Below are positions 54,134 through 64,000 of a stretch of 64,000 nucleotides of DNA, one piece after another; position 1 is the first letter of the stretch; each line of letters starts with the position of its first letter. Made by a program: the position numbers and the translations under genes. This DNA comes from Promethearchaeota archaeon (GTDB lineage Archaea; Asgardarchaeota; Lokiarchaeia; Sigyniarchaeales; SOKP01), in the NCBI GenBank assembly GCA_019058365.1, contig JAHPZE010000022.1, forward strand, positions 1 to 64,000, in the 5' to 3' direction. The notes beneath the pieces are model-generated. The model made no database searches, had not been told where the DNA came from, and worked only from the letters and a program-made list of their open reading frames with translations.

Positions 54134-55990
54134 ATGTGTGGTATATTTGGAATAGTCTCAAATCAAAAAAGTATTAATATTGGTAAAATAGCTTTAGAAA
54201 GTATTAGACGTTTAGAGTATCGTGGTTATGATTCATGCGGGATTCTCTCTCAATATAATTCAAAACTGTTTGTGAAGAAGGACGCGGGAAAAATTGATGA
54301 TATTCATAAAAAATTAAAGCTAGATGAGTTTCCAAATGGTTCTAAGCTAGCATTAGCTCACACTCGATGGGCGACTCATGGGTCTCCGACAAAAATAAAT
54401 AGTCATCCTCATTTGGATTGCGAGGATAAAATAGCAGTTATTCATAACGGAATTATTGAAAATTTTATTGAACTTAAAAAAGAATTGTTATCTAAAGGTC
54501 ATTTTTTTAAATCAGAAACTGATACGGAAATTATACCTCATTTAATTGAGGAAAACATGAAAACTAATAAAAATTTAAAAGAAGCAGTGGCAAATGCCAT
54601 AAAAAAGTGTAAAGGTGCATATGGGTTAGCAATTTGCCATGCGGATTACCCAGATACCATAATTGTTGTTCGAAGGGAATCACCCCTCATAGTTGGAATA
54701 GAAGAAGGAAAAACAACTTATTGTGCTTCGGATATTCCCGCATTTCTTCCATATACACGCAATTGCTACATTCTAGAAGATAATGAGATGGCAATTCTGA
54801 AAGCTGGGACAGCAGAATTTTATGATATTAATGATTGTGATAATCCTAAACAAAAAGAAATTCAGCTCATTAAATGGAGTATTGATGCTGCAGAAAAGGG
54901 GGGTTATGAGCATTTCATGCTAAAAGAAATCTATGAAGAACCCTCTGCTTTAAGAAGAACATTAAAAATCCCTAATGATTCTTTAAATAAGTTTGCCGAA
55001 ATCATATTATCAGCAGAAAGAATATATATTACTGCTGCTGGAACATCATTTTATGCAGCTCTAGCTGGAAAGTTTATAATTACTAAGTTTTTGGGAAAAT
55101 ATATTGAGGCTATAGAATGTTCTGAATTTAAAACACAGTTAATAAATTCATTAGAAGAAAATTCAATAATTATTGCAATATCTCAATCTGGAGAAACTAT
55201 CGATTTAATTGAAGCAGTTCGATGGGCAAAAGAATATCGACCAAGTGCAAAAATTATCTCAATAACAAATATAGTAGGATCTACTCTTACTAGACATTCT
55301 GATAATATAATAATAACACAAGCAGGTCCCGAAATTGGTGTTGCAGCAACAAAAACATATGTTACTCAAGTATTAACTTTTGCTTTAATTGCACTGGAGA
55401 TTGCAAAGTTAACTAAAAATGAATCACAAGAAGAAATCCAGAAATATTATAATGCACTGTATTCTACACCTGAAATTATTGAAAAATTCTTTGAAAAAAA
55501 TGTTGAATTGATTAAATACATTGTAAGAAACTTAGAAAAAAACTTAAATTTTTTCTTTCTTGCACGTGGAATATCAATCGCAACTGCTAAAGAAGGGGGT
55601 TTAAAGTTAAAGGAAGTTGCTTGCAGATTTGTAGAGGGATATTCAGCCGCACATGCGAAACATGGGCCAATATCATTAATAAGAGAAGGATACCCAATTA
55701 TATTCATTGCACCTCCTGATGAGACTTATGAACGATTGATTGGAAATTTAATGGAATTCAAGTCGAGAGGTGGTACAATTATCTCATTAGTAGTAGAAGA
55801 TGATGATAAAATTACTAATTTAAGTGATACAACAATTCGAATTCCACAACCGGGAGATAAATATCATAACCTGTTTAGTCCAATAACCTTTATTCCCGCT
55901 CTTCAGCTTTTAGCATATTATGCTGCATTAGAACATAATCTTGATCCTGATAAACCGCTAAATCTAGCTAAAACAGTTACAGTTCATTAA
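54134..55990 (+). CDS. glmS: Glutamine--fructose-6-phosphate transaminase (isomerizing)
   Basis: N-terminal MCGIFG nucleophile, LEYRGYDS, HTRWATHG, HNGIIEN, SETDTE, SQSGET, GPEIGVAATKT, LKLKE, DKPLNLAKTVTV. Confidence 0.97.
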   Translation: MCGIFGIVSNQKSINIGKIALESIRRLEYRGYDSCGILSQYNSKLFVKKDAGKIDDIHKKLKLDEFPNGSKLALAHTRWATHGSPTKINSHPHLDCEDKIAVIHNGIIENFIELKKELLSKGHFFKSETDTEIIPHLIEENMKTNKNLKEAVANAIKKCKGAYGLAICHADYPDTIIVVRRESPLIVGIEEGKTTYCASDIPAFLPYTRNCYILEDNEMAILKAGTAEFYDINDCDNPKQKEIQLIKWSIDAAEKGGYEHFMLKEIYEEPSALRRTLKIPNDSLNKFAEIILSAERIYITAAGTSFYAALAGKFIITKFLGKYIEAIECSEFKTQLINSLEENSIIIAISQSGETIDLIEAVRWAKEYRPSAKIISITNIVGSTLTRHSDNIIITQAGPEIGVAATKTYVTQVLTFALIALEIAKLTKNESQEEIQKYYNALYSTPEIIEKFFEKNVELIKYIVRNLEKNLNFFFLARGISIATAKEGGLKLKEVACRFVEGYSAAHAKHGPISLIREGYPIIFIAPPDETYERLIGNLMEFKSRGGTIISLVVEDDDKITNLSDTTIRIPQPGDKYHNLFSPITFIPALQLLAYYAALEHNLDPDKPLNLAKTVTVH

Positions 55991-55993
55991 TTT

Positions 55994-57298
55994 TTAATAA
56001 AAAGGGTTAATCTTCTTTTTAATACCTTTAAACGGATCATAATAATAGAGTGTATTGGGAGGTACATCTTCCACAACTAATGTATGTGCTCCTATTACAG
56101 AATTTTCATTTATTTTCTTACCACACATTATACTTGTATTAATACCTGTTTGAACATTAGGACCGATTATTGATCCTAATTTTCTACGACCCGAGTCTAT
56201 CTGTTCACCTTTTATAGATACCCATATGCTCTTATTATCAAAACGTAAATTTGAAACTTTTGAACCTGCACCTAAATTTACATTTTCACATATGACTGAA
56301 TCTCCAATATAATTAAAATGTGGAATATTTGAATCAGAAAATATAATTGAATTCTTGATTTCACTGATACCTATGTGGCAATTATCTCCGATAGAACTAT
56401 ATGGCCTTATAAAAGCATTTGGACCAATTAAAGTATTTTCTCCAATATAGCATGGTCCTTGAATATATGAACCAGATTTAATGGTGCTTCCTTCCCCGAT
56501 ATATACATTACCTGAAATTTGAACATTTGCTTCAATCTTGCCCAATATATTCTTCTCAATTTTATTTAATATATGTTTATTGGCATCTAATAATTGCCAA
56601 GGTAATCCTATATCACTCCAGAAATAATTTTTTATTTTATAACCTAAAATCTTACCTTCAAATAGGTTTATTAGGATTTCCATAGAATCTGTAAATTCAT
56701 ATTCCCCCCGAATTGATTTTTCAGTCTTTTCAATTGCTTTAAAAATAAAAGAATCGAATATGAAAACTCCTGCATTTGCTAGATTTCCTACATTCATCTC
56801 TGGTGTGGGTTTTTCGATAATTTTTTGAACGAAACCATTAGTATTTAACGAGACAATGCCAAATTCTTCGGGATTATTCACTTCCATTAACAAAATTATA
56901 CCTTCTACTTTATTATCTTTAAATTGTTGAATAATTTCTTGATAAACCTTAGGATCGATTAATAGATCACCATACATAAATAGTACAGGTTCATTGTTCG
57001 CGAAAGTTTTACCATATCCAAAAGCATGAGCTGTTCCCAATTGCTCCGTTTGTGTGATATATTCAATTTTTAAATTAAATTTCTTTTTTCCATCCCCAAA
57101 ATATTCTTTAATTAAATTTTCTTTATATCCAACAACAAGTAAAATCTCATTTATTCCTGATTTTTTTAATCCTAATATTATATGCTCTAATAATGGCTTT
57201 CCAGCAATTGGAATTAAAGTTTTTGGCCGTGTAGAAGTAATTGGTCTTAATCTTTTTCCTTCACCCGCGGCAATGATAATAGCTTTCATATAAAGCAT
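55994..57298 (-). CDS. glmU: Archaeal-type bifunctional sugar-1-phosphate nucleotidyltransferase/acetyltransferase
   Basis: AAGEGKRLRPITSTRPK, EQLGTAHA, RGEYEFTD, WSDIGLPWQLL, hexapeptide left-handed beta-helix, HFNYIGDS, GRRKLG. Probable start is ATG 57289 (MKAII). Confidence 0.9.
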   Translation of the reverse strand: MLYMKAIIIAAGEGKRLRPITSTRPKTLIPIAGKPLLEHIILGLKKSGINEILLVVGYKENLIKEYFGDGKKKFNLKIEYITQTEQLGTAHAFGYGKTFANNEPVLFMYGDLLIDPKVYQEIIQQFKDNKVEGIILLMEVNNPEEFGIVSLNTNGFVQKIIEKPTPEMNVGNLANAGVFIFDSFIFKAIEKTEKSIRGEYEFTDSMEILINLFEGKILGYKIKNYFWSDIGLPWQLLDANKHILNKIEKNILGKIEANVQISGNVYIGEGSTIKSGSYIQGPCYIGENTLIGPNAFIRPYSSIGDNCHIGISEIKNSIIFSDSNIPHFNYIGDSVICENVNLGAGSKVSNLRFDNKSIWVSIKGEQIDSGRRKLGSIIGPNVQTGINTSIMCGKKINENSVIGAHTLVVEDVPPNTLYYYDPFKGIKKKINPFY

Positions 57299-57344
57299 TA
57301 GGTTATTATTCTATTAAAAATTTCTTACAAATTTAAAAAAATAT

Positions 57345-58835
57345 CTAATCATTTTTCTTAATGTTAAAAATATAACCGTTCCATGCATTTAGTTCTATAT
57401 ACAATCCATACTTATACAAATCTTTTCCATTATAACTATAGGATTTCTGAGAAAGTAAATCTGTGAAAGTCCATTCATGTGTATCAAAATGGAAGGGTTT
57501 TATTCTTACATGAGCTTTTGAGGGAATTGGACTATAATTAACCACAATAAGTCTATAATTATTATTTATCCACCATAAATATGAAAGAATGTTCGAAAAT
57601 GAAGTATCACTAGAATTGAATGGTTCTATTTCACAAAGCGCCCAACTAGCACTCCCAAATTCTCGTCCTGGTATTGATTTTAATAAATTTTTATAGAAAT
57701 CAATGAGTAATTTGTTGTCTTCTTCAAATGGGTTTCTTCCTAATTGAACTGGTATTTTGATTTTATGACCTCGAGTTTGACCCTCATAAATTAACCTCGC
57801 ACCGGGTAAAGTTAGTGCTATAAACGCTGCTGCTTGTGATTTTTCTACTCCAAACTTTTCTACGGCTCTTAATTCATCATGATTCTCAATAAATCTTACA
57901 AGCTTGCTTTGATAAGACCAATCCGCTTTTAGATGGTCTCTAATTGGACTTGCATTCCCATAGGCTAATCTTTCATATAACCTTTTATCATAGCAGAAAT
58001 CAAAACCCTGCTGTTGAAGCTCCCATTCCATATCCCAATATACTTCTGCTATAAATAAAAAATTTGGATATATTTCTTTGACAGCTGATATTATTTCTTC
58101 CCAGAATTCTTTATCAGGAATAGATCCTGCTTTTTCACCCCAAGTTCTATTAAAAACTTTATTAGTCATCAACATTGCCATATCACAACGAACTCCATCA
58201 CAGATTTCAGCAATAGCTAAAAGAGTCTTGATAGCTTTTTCACGAGCTTTAGGTGAAAAAGCATTAATCTGAATCACATCAGTCCATGGAGGAAAGTTAG
58301 GATCTCGACCGTAAGCATAAATAGATTCGTCAATAGAAAAGTAATCATAAGGATGAGCCATTAAATCATCCAAAGTCCCTTCAATAAATAAATCTGATTC
58401 AAATGTCCATAAAGAATCGACTGAGACGTGGTTAGGAACGTAATCTAATATTAATCGAACATCTCTCTCAGCTAATCTTTTTCTGATATTTTTTAAACCA
58501 TCAATGCCTCCAATATGGTTGTCTACATGATAGTAATACACGGCATATGGGGATCCTACAACGTCTTCATCCTTAAAATCATATAATGCTTTATGGTATT
58601 CACTTTGTAATCCAGGATGCTCAAGGGCAATTTTTTTACTTGCAGGACTTCTTTCCCACACTCCCATAAACCACACAGCATCAAAAAATCTTATCTCTCC
58701 ATTAAGAATTTTATCAGGAATACTGTTCAAAGTAATAGGGTTATTGAAAGATTCAGATAATGTATTAAGCCAAGGCCATGTATTGATCTCATAGATTTTA
58801 GGATTTTTAGGCCATTCCTTATTTCCAAATGACAT
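57345..58835 (-). CDS. GH13 alpha-amylase-family glycosidase
   Basis: LDYVPNH, DGVRCDMA (nucleophile), IAEVYW (acid/base), ENHDE. Confidence 0.92.
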   Translation of the reverse strand: MSFGNKEWPKNPKIYEINTWPWLNTLSESFNNPITLNSIPDKILNGEIRFFDAVWFMGVWERSPASKKIALEHPGLQSEYHKALYDFKDEDVVGSPYAVYYYHVDNHIGGIDGLKNIRKRLAERDVRLILDYVPNHVSVDSLWTFESDLFIEGTLDDLMAHPYDYFSIDESIYAYGRDPNFPPWTDVIQINAFSPKAREKAIKTLLAIAEICDGVRCDMAMLMTNKVFNRTWGEKAGSIPDKEFWEEIISAVKEIYPNFLFIAEVYWDMEWELQQQGFDFCYDKRLYERLAYGNASPIRDHLKADWSYQSKLVRFIENHDELRAVEKFGVEKSQAAAFIALTLPGARLIYEGQTRGHKIKIPVQLGRNPFEEDNKLLIDFYKNLLKSIPGREFGSASWALCEIEPFNSSDTSFSNILSYLWWINNNYRLIVVNYSPIPSKAHVRIKPFHFDTHEWTFTDLLSQKSYSYNGKDLYKYGLYIELNAWNGYIFNIKKND

Positions 58836-59145
58836 TATTATACCAAATTTTCAATTTTATAATTGAAATGATAAATTAAATTTGGATTTCTTTGCTTATA
58901 AAATAAATACCTTTTAAAATATCTCATTAGACCCTCGATTTATTCAACCTTAATAATTACTCACTTAGAAATATATGCATGGTATTAGCTTAGGCAAAAA
59001 AAAGGGAAGATAATAAGTTTGTAGGTGTTTTAAATACTTAATAGAAGAGATTGCTTTCTTATCAAGCTTTTTAAGATAGAATAGCATAAATATAAATTAG
59101 TAAAGAATTATAATTATTATTAGAAAAAACATAATGTGAATATTA

Positions 59146-59721
59146 ATGAGTGAAGAGAAAGAAGCGTTACGTAAATTAATTATGCTAATTTCAGACTTAA
59201 GAGCTAAGGATGAAGAACGTTATGAAGCTCATGTTAATTTTATGAACGAAACAATCAAAATGATTAGTGCAATTGAATCTCAGATGAATAAACATTGGAG
59301 TACTGTATTAGATTCTTTAAAAGAATTAAATGACAGCATAAGCGCCAATTTAGATTCATTATTAACAGGAATTAATCCTAAGGGATTACGAGAAACATCA
59401 AAATCGCTAAAAGAAATAATGGATACAATGAATAAAAGTGTGCAATCTATGAATCTGGAGAAAGTATTAAGCGAATTAAAAGTTTTAAAAGCGGGAGGCA
59501 TTACTTATGTACCAGCAGCACCAGTAGCAGTGGGGCAACAACCAGAATCAATATCAGCTGGTATTAATTTAAAACCAACCGGTTTAAAGACTCCTGTAGG
59601 AGCTGCTGCGAAAGCATCAAGTGGAGAACCAGAATGGGTAGATCCCCATGAAAAAGCAAAAAAGGAGAAAGAAGAAGAAGATCAACATTTACTTAAACCA
59701 TCTGACTTTTTTGGTATGTAA
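59146..59721 (+). CDS. Hypothetical coiled-coil protein with low-complexity linker and short C-terminal motif
   Basis: Heptad-like helical first ~115 aa, P/A/G-rich linker, charged tail ending HLLKPSDFFGM. Confidence 0.8.
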   Translation: MSEEKEALRKLIMLISDLRAKDEERYEAHVNFMNETIKMISAIESQMNKHWSTVLDSLKELNDSISANLDSLLTGINPKGLRETSKSLKEIMDTMNKSVQSMNLEKVLSELKVLKAGGITYVPAAPVAVGQQPESISAGINLKPTGLKTPVGAAAKASSGEPEWVDPHEKAKKEKEEEDQHLLKPSDFFGM

Positions 59722-59732
59722 AATTTCTTAAT

Positions 59733-61088
59733 TTATCCAAATAATTCCATAAAGGGTACTAATTTAGATTTTACCGTTTCAATATTATCTCCTATTTTCT
59801 TAAAATTGATTCCAATTGATGGGATTTTAAGTTCAGTTCTAATTTTATTTTTCAATAAATCATAACAACTAAAATTTATATTACAGTCAGCTAGTTGGTT
59901 AATAATCAGACCATCCACTTTTACTTTTTTTACATACTTTAGATAAGAATTGGTTAATGTCACACATTCATCTAAGCATGATAATCCTTTTTTTGAGGAA
60001 TTCAAAAGGAAACGGGCATATTCTTCAATTGGATTAGAATCTTTCGAAACGGGAATTTCTTCTAATAATCCTAGTATATCCCAATCTGAATAAACAACTT
60101 TCCCTCCTAATTCATAAATGATTTCTTGAGTTGCTGGTTCCCAACCATTAAATATCGGAGTCAATAATATTCTCGGCCGATTAGAAACATCCATCCCAAC
60201 ACCTCTTTTTATACGTTCTCTCATTTCATTTACCAATTGGCTAATATTTTCTAAATATCTCTGTGGATTGGAATTGTAATCTTGGAATGATATTGTTAAT
60301 AACGCCAAGATTTCTGCAAATGTAGCAGGATTGCATGGATAGAAATCTGAGGTGCTTATATCATATAAAATTGTTTTATAATATCTTTTAACTTGATTTC
60401 CAATACGAAATTGTTTTTTCAAACTATTATCGGTAACAATATTACCTGTATTATGTTCTAATTCTTTAATCGCATTTTGTAGGTTGTCAATCATAATTTC
60501 TAAGGCATTAACCTCATTTTGTTTATCAACAGGAGGAATATCTACCCATATTTGGTTTGGAATTATTGCTCTTAGTGATTTCAGATAATCATTATATTTT
60601 TTACATCTTATTGTAAAATTTAAACTACAATCACAATTATTAGATTCTGATATATGCATTCCATAAAGAGATTTAACACCGAAACAAAAATTTGGCGACA
60701 CATTCTTTTGAATAGCTAAATCGTACAATAAATTATATCTTGCATTAATATTGCTAATAACGTCATTTAAAACATTATCTACAATTTTTAAAAAATCTAT
60801 TTGTCGCGCTATTCCTAATAATTTAGTAGTAAGATCCCAACCAAATAAACTTGTAGCTGAGTTTAAAGCAAGTAAATATAAATTAAGTTTAAATTTTTCC
60901 ATACGAATAGGAAATACAGGAATAGAATCTGCGGCAAATACTAAATCAGGAAAACCAGAGGCTATAGAAACTAAGGTTTTTCGTTCTTTTGATTTCTTTT
61001 TTTGTAAATAATCTCTACCAGTTAAAAAATTGTAAGCAATTTTTAGAACAGATGTAAAGTTTACGACATCATCAGCATATATACTCAT
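59733..61088 (-). CDS. 2-hydroxyacyl-CoA dehydratase / benzoyl-CoA reductase subunit family (HgdB/FldB-like)
   Basis: Conserved-Cys pattern FCFGVK, RC; ELEHNTGNIVTDNSL, RPRILLT, VDGLI..QLADC, ELKIPSIGI. Confidence 0.75.
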   Translation of the reverse strand: MSIYADDVVNFTSVLKIAYNFLTGRDYLQKKKSKERKTLVSIASGFPDLVFAADSIPVFPIRMEKFKLNLYLLALNSATSLFGWDLTTKLLGIARQIDFLKIVDNVLNDVISNINARYNLLYDLAIQKNVSPNFCFGVKSLYGMHISESNNCDCSLNFTIRCKKYNDYLKSLRAIIPNQIWVDIPPVDKQNEVNALEIMIDNLQNAIKELEHNTGNIVTDNSLKKQFRIGNQVKRYYKTILYDISTSDFYPCNPATFAEILALLTISFQDYNSNPQRYLENISQLVNEMRERIKRGVGMDVSNRPRILLTPIFNGWEPATQEIIYELGGKVVYSDWDILGLLEEIPVSKDSNPIEEYARFLLNSSKKGLSCLDECVTLTNSYLKYVKKVKVDGLIINQLADCNINFSCYDLLKNKIRTELKIPSIGINFKKIGDNIETVKSKLVPFMELFG

Positions 61089-61216
61089 TTTATTATAACT
61101 CTTTTAAATTAAATGTGATCTTGATTTTTCAGAATCTACATTTTAAATTTAATCATAAGACTATTTTAAGATTTATGAGGTAATCCTTATAAACTTAGAA
61201 TCATAAAAAAGTTGAT

Positions 61217-61696
61217 ATGAAATTAAAGAAAAAAAAAAAAAAGATAGAGTGGAAAGAAAGTGCTGTTAAAAGTGTAATTTATAGATCAATATCATTGGTT
61301 TTAGGAACTCTAACGGTATATTTAATTACAGGAAGCATTGCTATAGCTACTGGAGCCGCTCTTTTAACTGAAGCTGTTCAATCTGTGAATTATTTCGTAT
61401 ATGAATTAACATGGAGTAATATTTCTAGAAGAAAATTGGAGAAAAAAATAATTGACCGAATTAAACGAAGGGAAATTAACTTAAAATTAGATTTTTCTTC
61501 AATCAAAGAACTCGCTTATCAATTGTCTCAAATAGATACATTTGTTCCTAAATTATACATATCCACAAAAAGAATTTTTAATAATATGTTGGAAAATGAA
61601 GAATTAAAAGAAATTCATGATGATATCAAAACTTATAAAGAATCTTTTGAAGCAGCTCATTCAGGAAGAAAATTATTTTTTCCAAAAGAAAAATAA
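61217..61696 (+). CDS. DUF2061-like small membrane protein with soluble C-terminal extension
   Basis: SAVKSVIYRSISLVLGTLTVYLITGSIAIA...YFVYELTW matches the DUF2061 pattern (KT..WR....YY.HER.W). Confidence 0.7.
   Translation: MKLKKKKKKIEWKESAVKSVIYRSISLVLGTLTVYLITGSIAIATGAALLTEAVQSVNYFVYELTWSNISRRKLEKKIIDRIKRREINLKLDFSSIKELAYQLSQIDTFVPKLYISTKRIFNNMLENEELKEIHDDIKTYKESFEAAHSGRKLFFPKEK
61229..61242 (+). repeat. A14 homopolymer in the 5' end of the CDS
   Basis: ATGAAATTAAAG-A14-G read directly. Confidence 0.9.
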
Positions 61697-62170
61697 TCTA
61701 GGATTAAGAAAAATATTATTAATTTTCAAGCGATTTGTAGATACTATTTAGAAAAATTATCAGAATTAATAAAGCTCTCTATTTGTGAATATTATAATGT
61801 TATATACCGTTTTTTATGATATCGAACAAAGTACACTGTTACACTTTTTTTTAACTACAATTTTCTCACTAAAACTTGTTTTGATGCATGAATTTCCCAT
61901 TATCTCAGGCATTATAAATTGATATCTAAACCTTATAGAAATAGAAATTACAAATACCTTCAAAAATTTTTATTTTTGTGGTACTTTACTAATAGTTTTA
62001 CAGTACCATTCTTTACTGTTTAATGCTTGAAAAATTACAGTTAAGCTTAACGTAAGTAATATGCTTCATGGCAATAAGTCGAATTGTAATTCTAACGTTA
62101 TTATAATTATGGAATTATCTTTCTGATAGATTCAGTAATAAATCTGTATTAAGTATTTTATATTTAAAAA

Positions 62171-62614
62171 TTATTGATTTATTTGAATTTTATTATCTTC
62201 CAAGATGCTTTCAATGACATCTTCTGCCTCTTCTTCACCAATTTCTTCAATTTCGTCTTGAAATTCAGCTTCTTCCTCTCTTTTAATGCTTCCATCAATT
62301 TCTGAGAAAGATATATCATTTTCTAAAATTCCTAGTTCACCATGAGATCCAATTATATAGATTATAAATCCAATAAAACTAGTCAATAAAATTAAAAAAA
62401 ATACGATACGGCGTTCTAAATTTCTTTTTTTCATATCTTTTTTAACCCAATATGCTAAAATTAATCCAATGCTAAACCAAATCAGAAGTGAGATTAGGGC
62501 TATAATAACTTCCGTTTGAGGTGAACTTCTATTTTGTAGTGTTGAAATTGCAACTTCTGATGTATATTCATGGATTAATCTTCTATCGAAAACAATTAAT
62601 ATAAATTTCCACAT
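62171..62614 (-). CDS. Hypothetical two-TM membrane protein with acidic C-terminal tail
   Basis: TM-WVKKDMKKR-TM hairpin followed by an E/D-rich tail. Start codon uncertain. Confidence 0.7.
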   Translation of the reverse strand: MWKFILIVFDRRLIHEYTSEVAISTLQNRSSPQTEVIIALISLLIWFSIGLILAYWVKKDMKKRNLERRIVFFLILLTSFIGFIIYIIGSHGELGILENDISFSEIDGSIKREEEAEFQDEIEEIGEEEAEDVIESILEDNKIQINQ

Positions 62615-62769
62615 AGTTATTGTTAGTTTTAAATTGATAATTTTATTGTAAAATCAGGCAATTCTATATATATTCCTTACTCTAATAAATTAAAAAAATT
62701 TTAACGTGGCTTTATTATTTTTTTAGTTAAATTATCAATAATGACTTTAAATTAGAAGATTAATTTTTC

Positions 62770-63885
62770 CTAAATATCATTTTTAAGAAACTTCAAAGAC
62801 GTTGAAATATCCTCTTCTCCTATATAACCAATGATATTATTTTGATTACTATCAATGACAACTACTATATGTGGTCTATCTCTCATTTGAGCTAATTTCA
62901 TTAATACATCTTTTCCTGTGTTGTTTTCGTTCACTATTGGAAATTGTGATATTTTTTTCATTAAATATCCAACAATAATATCATTCCTCTTATTGATTGG
63001 AACTTTTTTTATATCTTCAAGATGTATAATTCCAACTACATTTCTTCCTTGTATAACCGGAAAATATACTTTTTTATAGACAATAAAATAATTCGAAATG
63101 GCTTCACTTACTGTTTTATTAAATGGAATTGCAACATTTGCAATTCTTGTTAATTCTTTAGCACTTAGTTTAGATAAAGTAAGTTCGTTTAAAGTTTGAA
63201 AATATGCATGTCTTGACTGGTTATTTAAAAATGAAGCAATTATTATCAACCATAAACTATTAAAAAATCCGAGAAAAAACATCGAGATAAATCCATAAGC
63301 CATTAATCCATAAGCAATATAACTTCCAACTTTGGATGCTGTTTTTGTAGCAGAAAGCATATCATGTCTTTTATTCCACAATAATGCTCTGAGGGCTCTT
63401 CCACCATCAATAGGATATGCAGGAATTAAATTAAATATTCCTAATCCAACATTAGATATTCCAGAATAGAAAAGAGTAACACTAAGAATAGGAGGAATAC
63501 TGAAGGGAACTAAATATAAAACAGCTAAAAAAATAGCACCAATCAATAAGCTAGAGATCGGGCCAAAAATAGAAATTATTAACTCACTTCTTGGATTATT
63601 AGGCTCTTGTTCTATTTTAGAAACTCCACCAAAGAGATATAACTCAATTTCTGAAACTTTTAAACCATATCTTTGAGCAATTAAAGAATGAGTCAACTCA
63701 TGAATTAAAACTGAAAATAATATGATTAGACCATTAATTAAACCAACTATAAATAAATCAAAAATACTACTTCCGGGAACTAGATTGGCATAAAGATCAG
63801 CAGCATAAAAACCTACTAATCCTATAATAAGTAATGTGCTAATATGTAAAGAAATTACAATTCCTTTTATCTTACCAATTTTCAT
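62770..63885 (-). CDS. Site-2 protease (peptidase M50) with C-terminal CBS pair
   Basis: HELTH zinc motif, FGGVS, GPISS, NLIPAYPIDGGR, multiple TMs, CBS-like C-terminus. Confidence 0.95.
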   Translation of the reverse strand: MKIGKIKGIVISLHISTLLIIGLVGFYAADLYANLVPGSSIFDLFIVGLINGLIILFSVLIHELTHSLIAQRYGLKVSEIELYLFGGVSKIEQEPNNPRSELIISIFGPISSLLIGAIFLAVLYLVPFSIPPILSVTLFYSGISNVGLGIFNLIPAYPIDGGRALRALLWNKRHDMLSATKTASKVGSYIAYGLMAYGFISMFFLGFFNSLWLIIIASFLNNQSRHAYFQTLNELTLSKLSAKELTRIANVAIPFNKTVSEAISNYFIVYKKVYFPVIQGRNVVGIIHLEDIKKVPINKRNDIIVGYLMKKISQFPIVNENNTGKDVLMKLAQMRDRPHIVVVIDSNQNNIIGYIGEEDISTSLKFLKNDI

Positions 63886-64000
63886 TTAAAATCACCATTC
63901 GATTAAGGATTAATTATTCGAATTTAGGTAAATATTAGAAATATAAATTTTACTTTTTCAATTATATTAATCCTTCAATTATGAAATTTATCTTACAATT

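Noticed and set aside
59680-59721. PIP-box (PCNA-binding) reading of QHLLKPSDFF
   Set aside because: The spacing does not fit Qxx[LIM]xxFF.
45538-61011. Short antisense ORFs within the LRR and metabolic genes (e.g. 48527-48745, 52136-52480, 55447-55707, 60751-61011)
   Set aside because: They lie opposite well-supported genes and have no independent evidence.
61979-62008. Inverted repeat TGGTACT...AGTACCA between convergent genes
   Set aside because: Only 7-bp arms in AT-rich DNA. It could be a terminator or operator but is not distinguishable from chance.
62770-63885. Site-2 protease as the processing enzyme of the giant protein
   Set aside because: It lies 18 kb away among housekeeping genes, and M50-CBS proteases are widespread in archaea. 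Nothing links them.

Overview
AT-rich archaeal DNA, most likely from an Asgard archaeon (Lokiarchaeia/Promethearchaeia). This is inferred from the N-terminal domain of the LRR protein, the archaeal-type GlmU and the surface-protein repeat families. The first 44.4 kb is one uninterrupted ORF of 14,548 aa. Its layout is: a ~200-aa cytoplasmic head; an ~11-helix membrane anchor; an ~11,500-aa acidic, sequon-rich beta-sandwich ectodomain in which domains are repeatedly nested inside one another; a Dx[DN]xDG Ca-binding cluster; Gly/Ala-rich hydrophobic helices; a ubiquitin-like (beta-grasp) segment ending in PLTAG-AWGG; and a compositionally distinct Lys-rich ~1,445-aa C-terminal region. A cytoplasmic LRR gene converges on it 17 bp away. 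My best hypothesis is a membrane-tethered, contact-dependent effector delivery (polymorphic toxin-like) system whose payload is released by ubiquitin-type processing, with the LRR as candidate immunity protein. A giant receptor with a releasable cytoplasmic domain is the alternative. The remaining ~18 kb is metabolic: an operon of alkyl-DHAP-synthase-like flavoprotein, CCG Fe-S protein and FGGY kinase; a glmM / SIS / glmS / glmU amino-sugar cluster on alternating strands; a GH13 glycosidase; a 2-hydroxyacyl-CoA dehydratase subunit; small membrane proteins; and an M50-CBS protease. All domain calls were made by eye, with no searches run.
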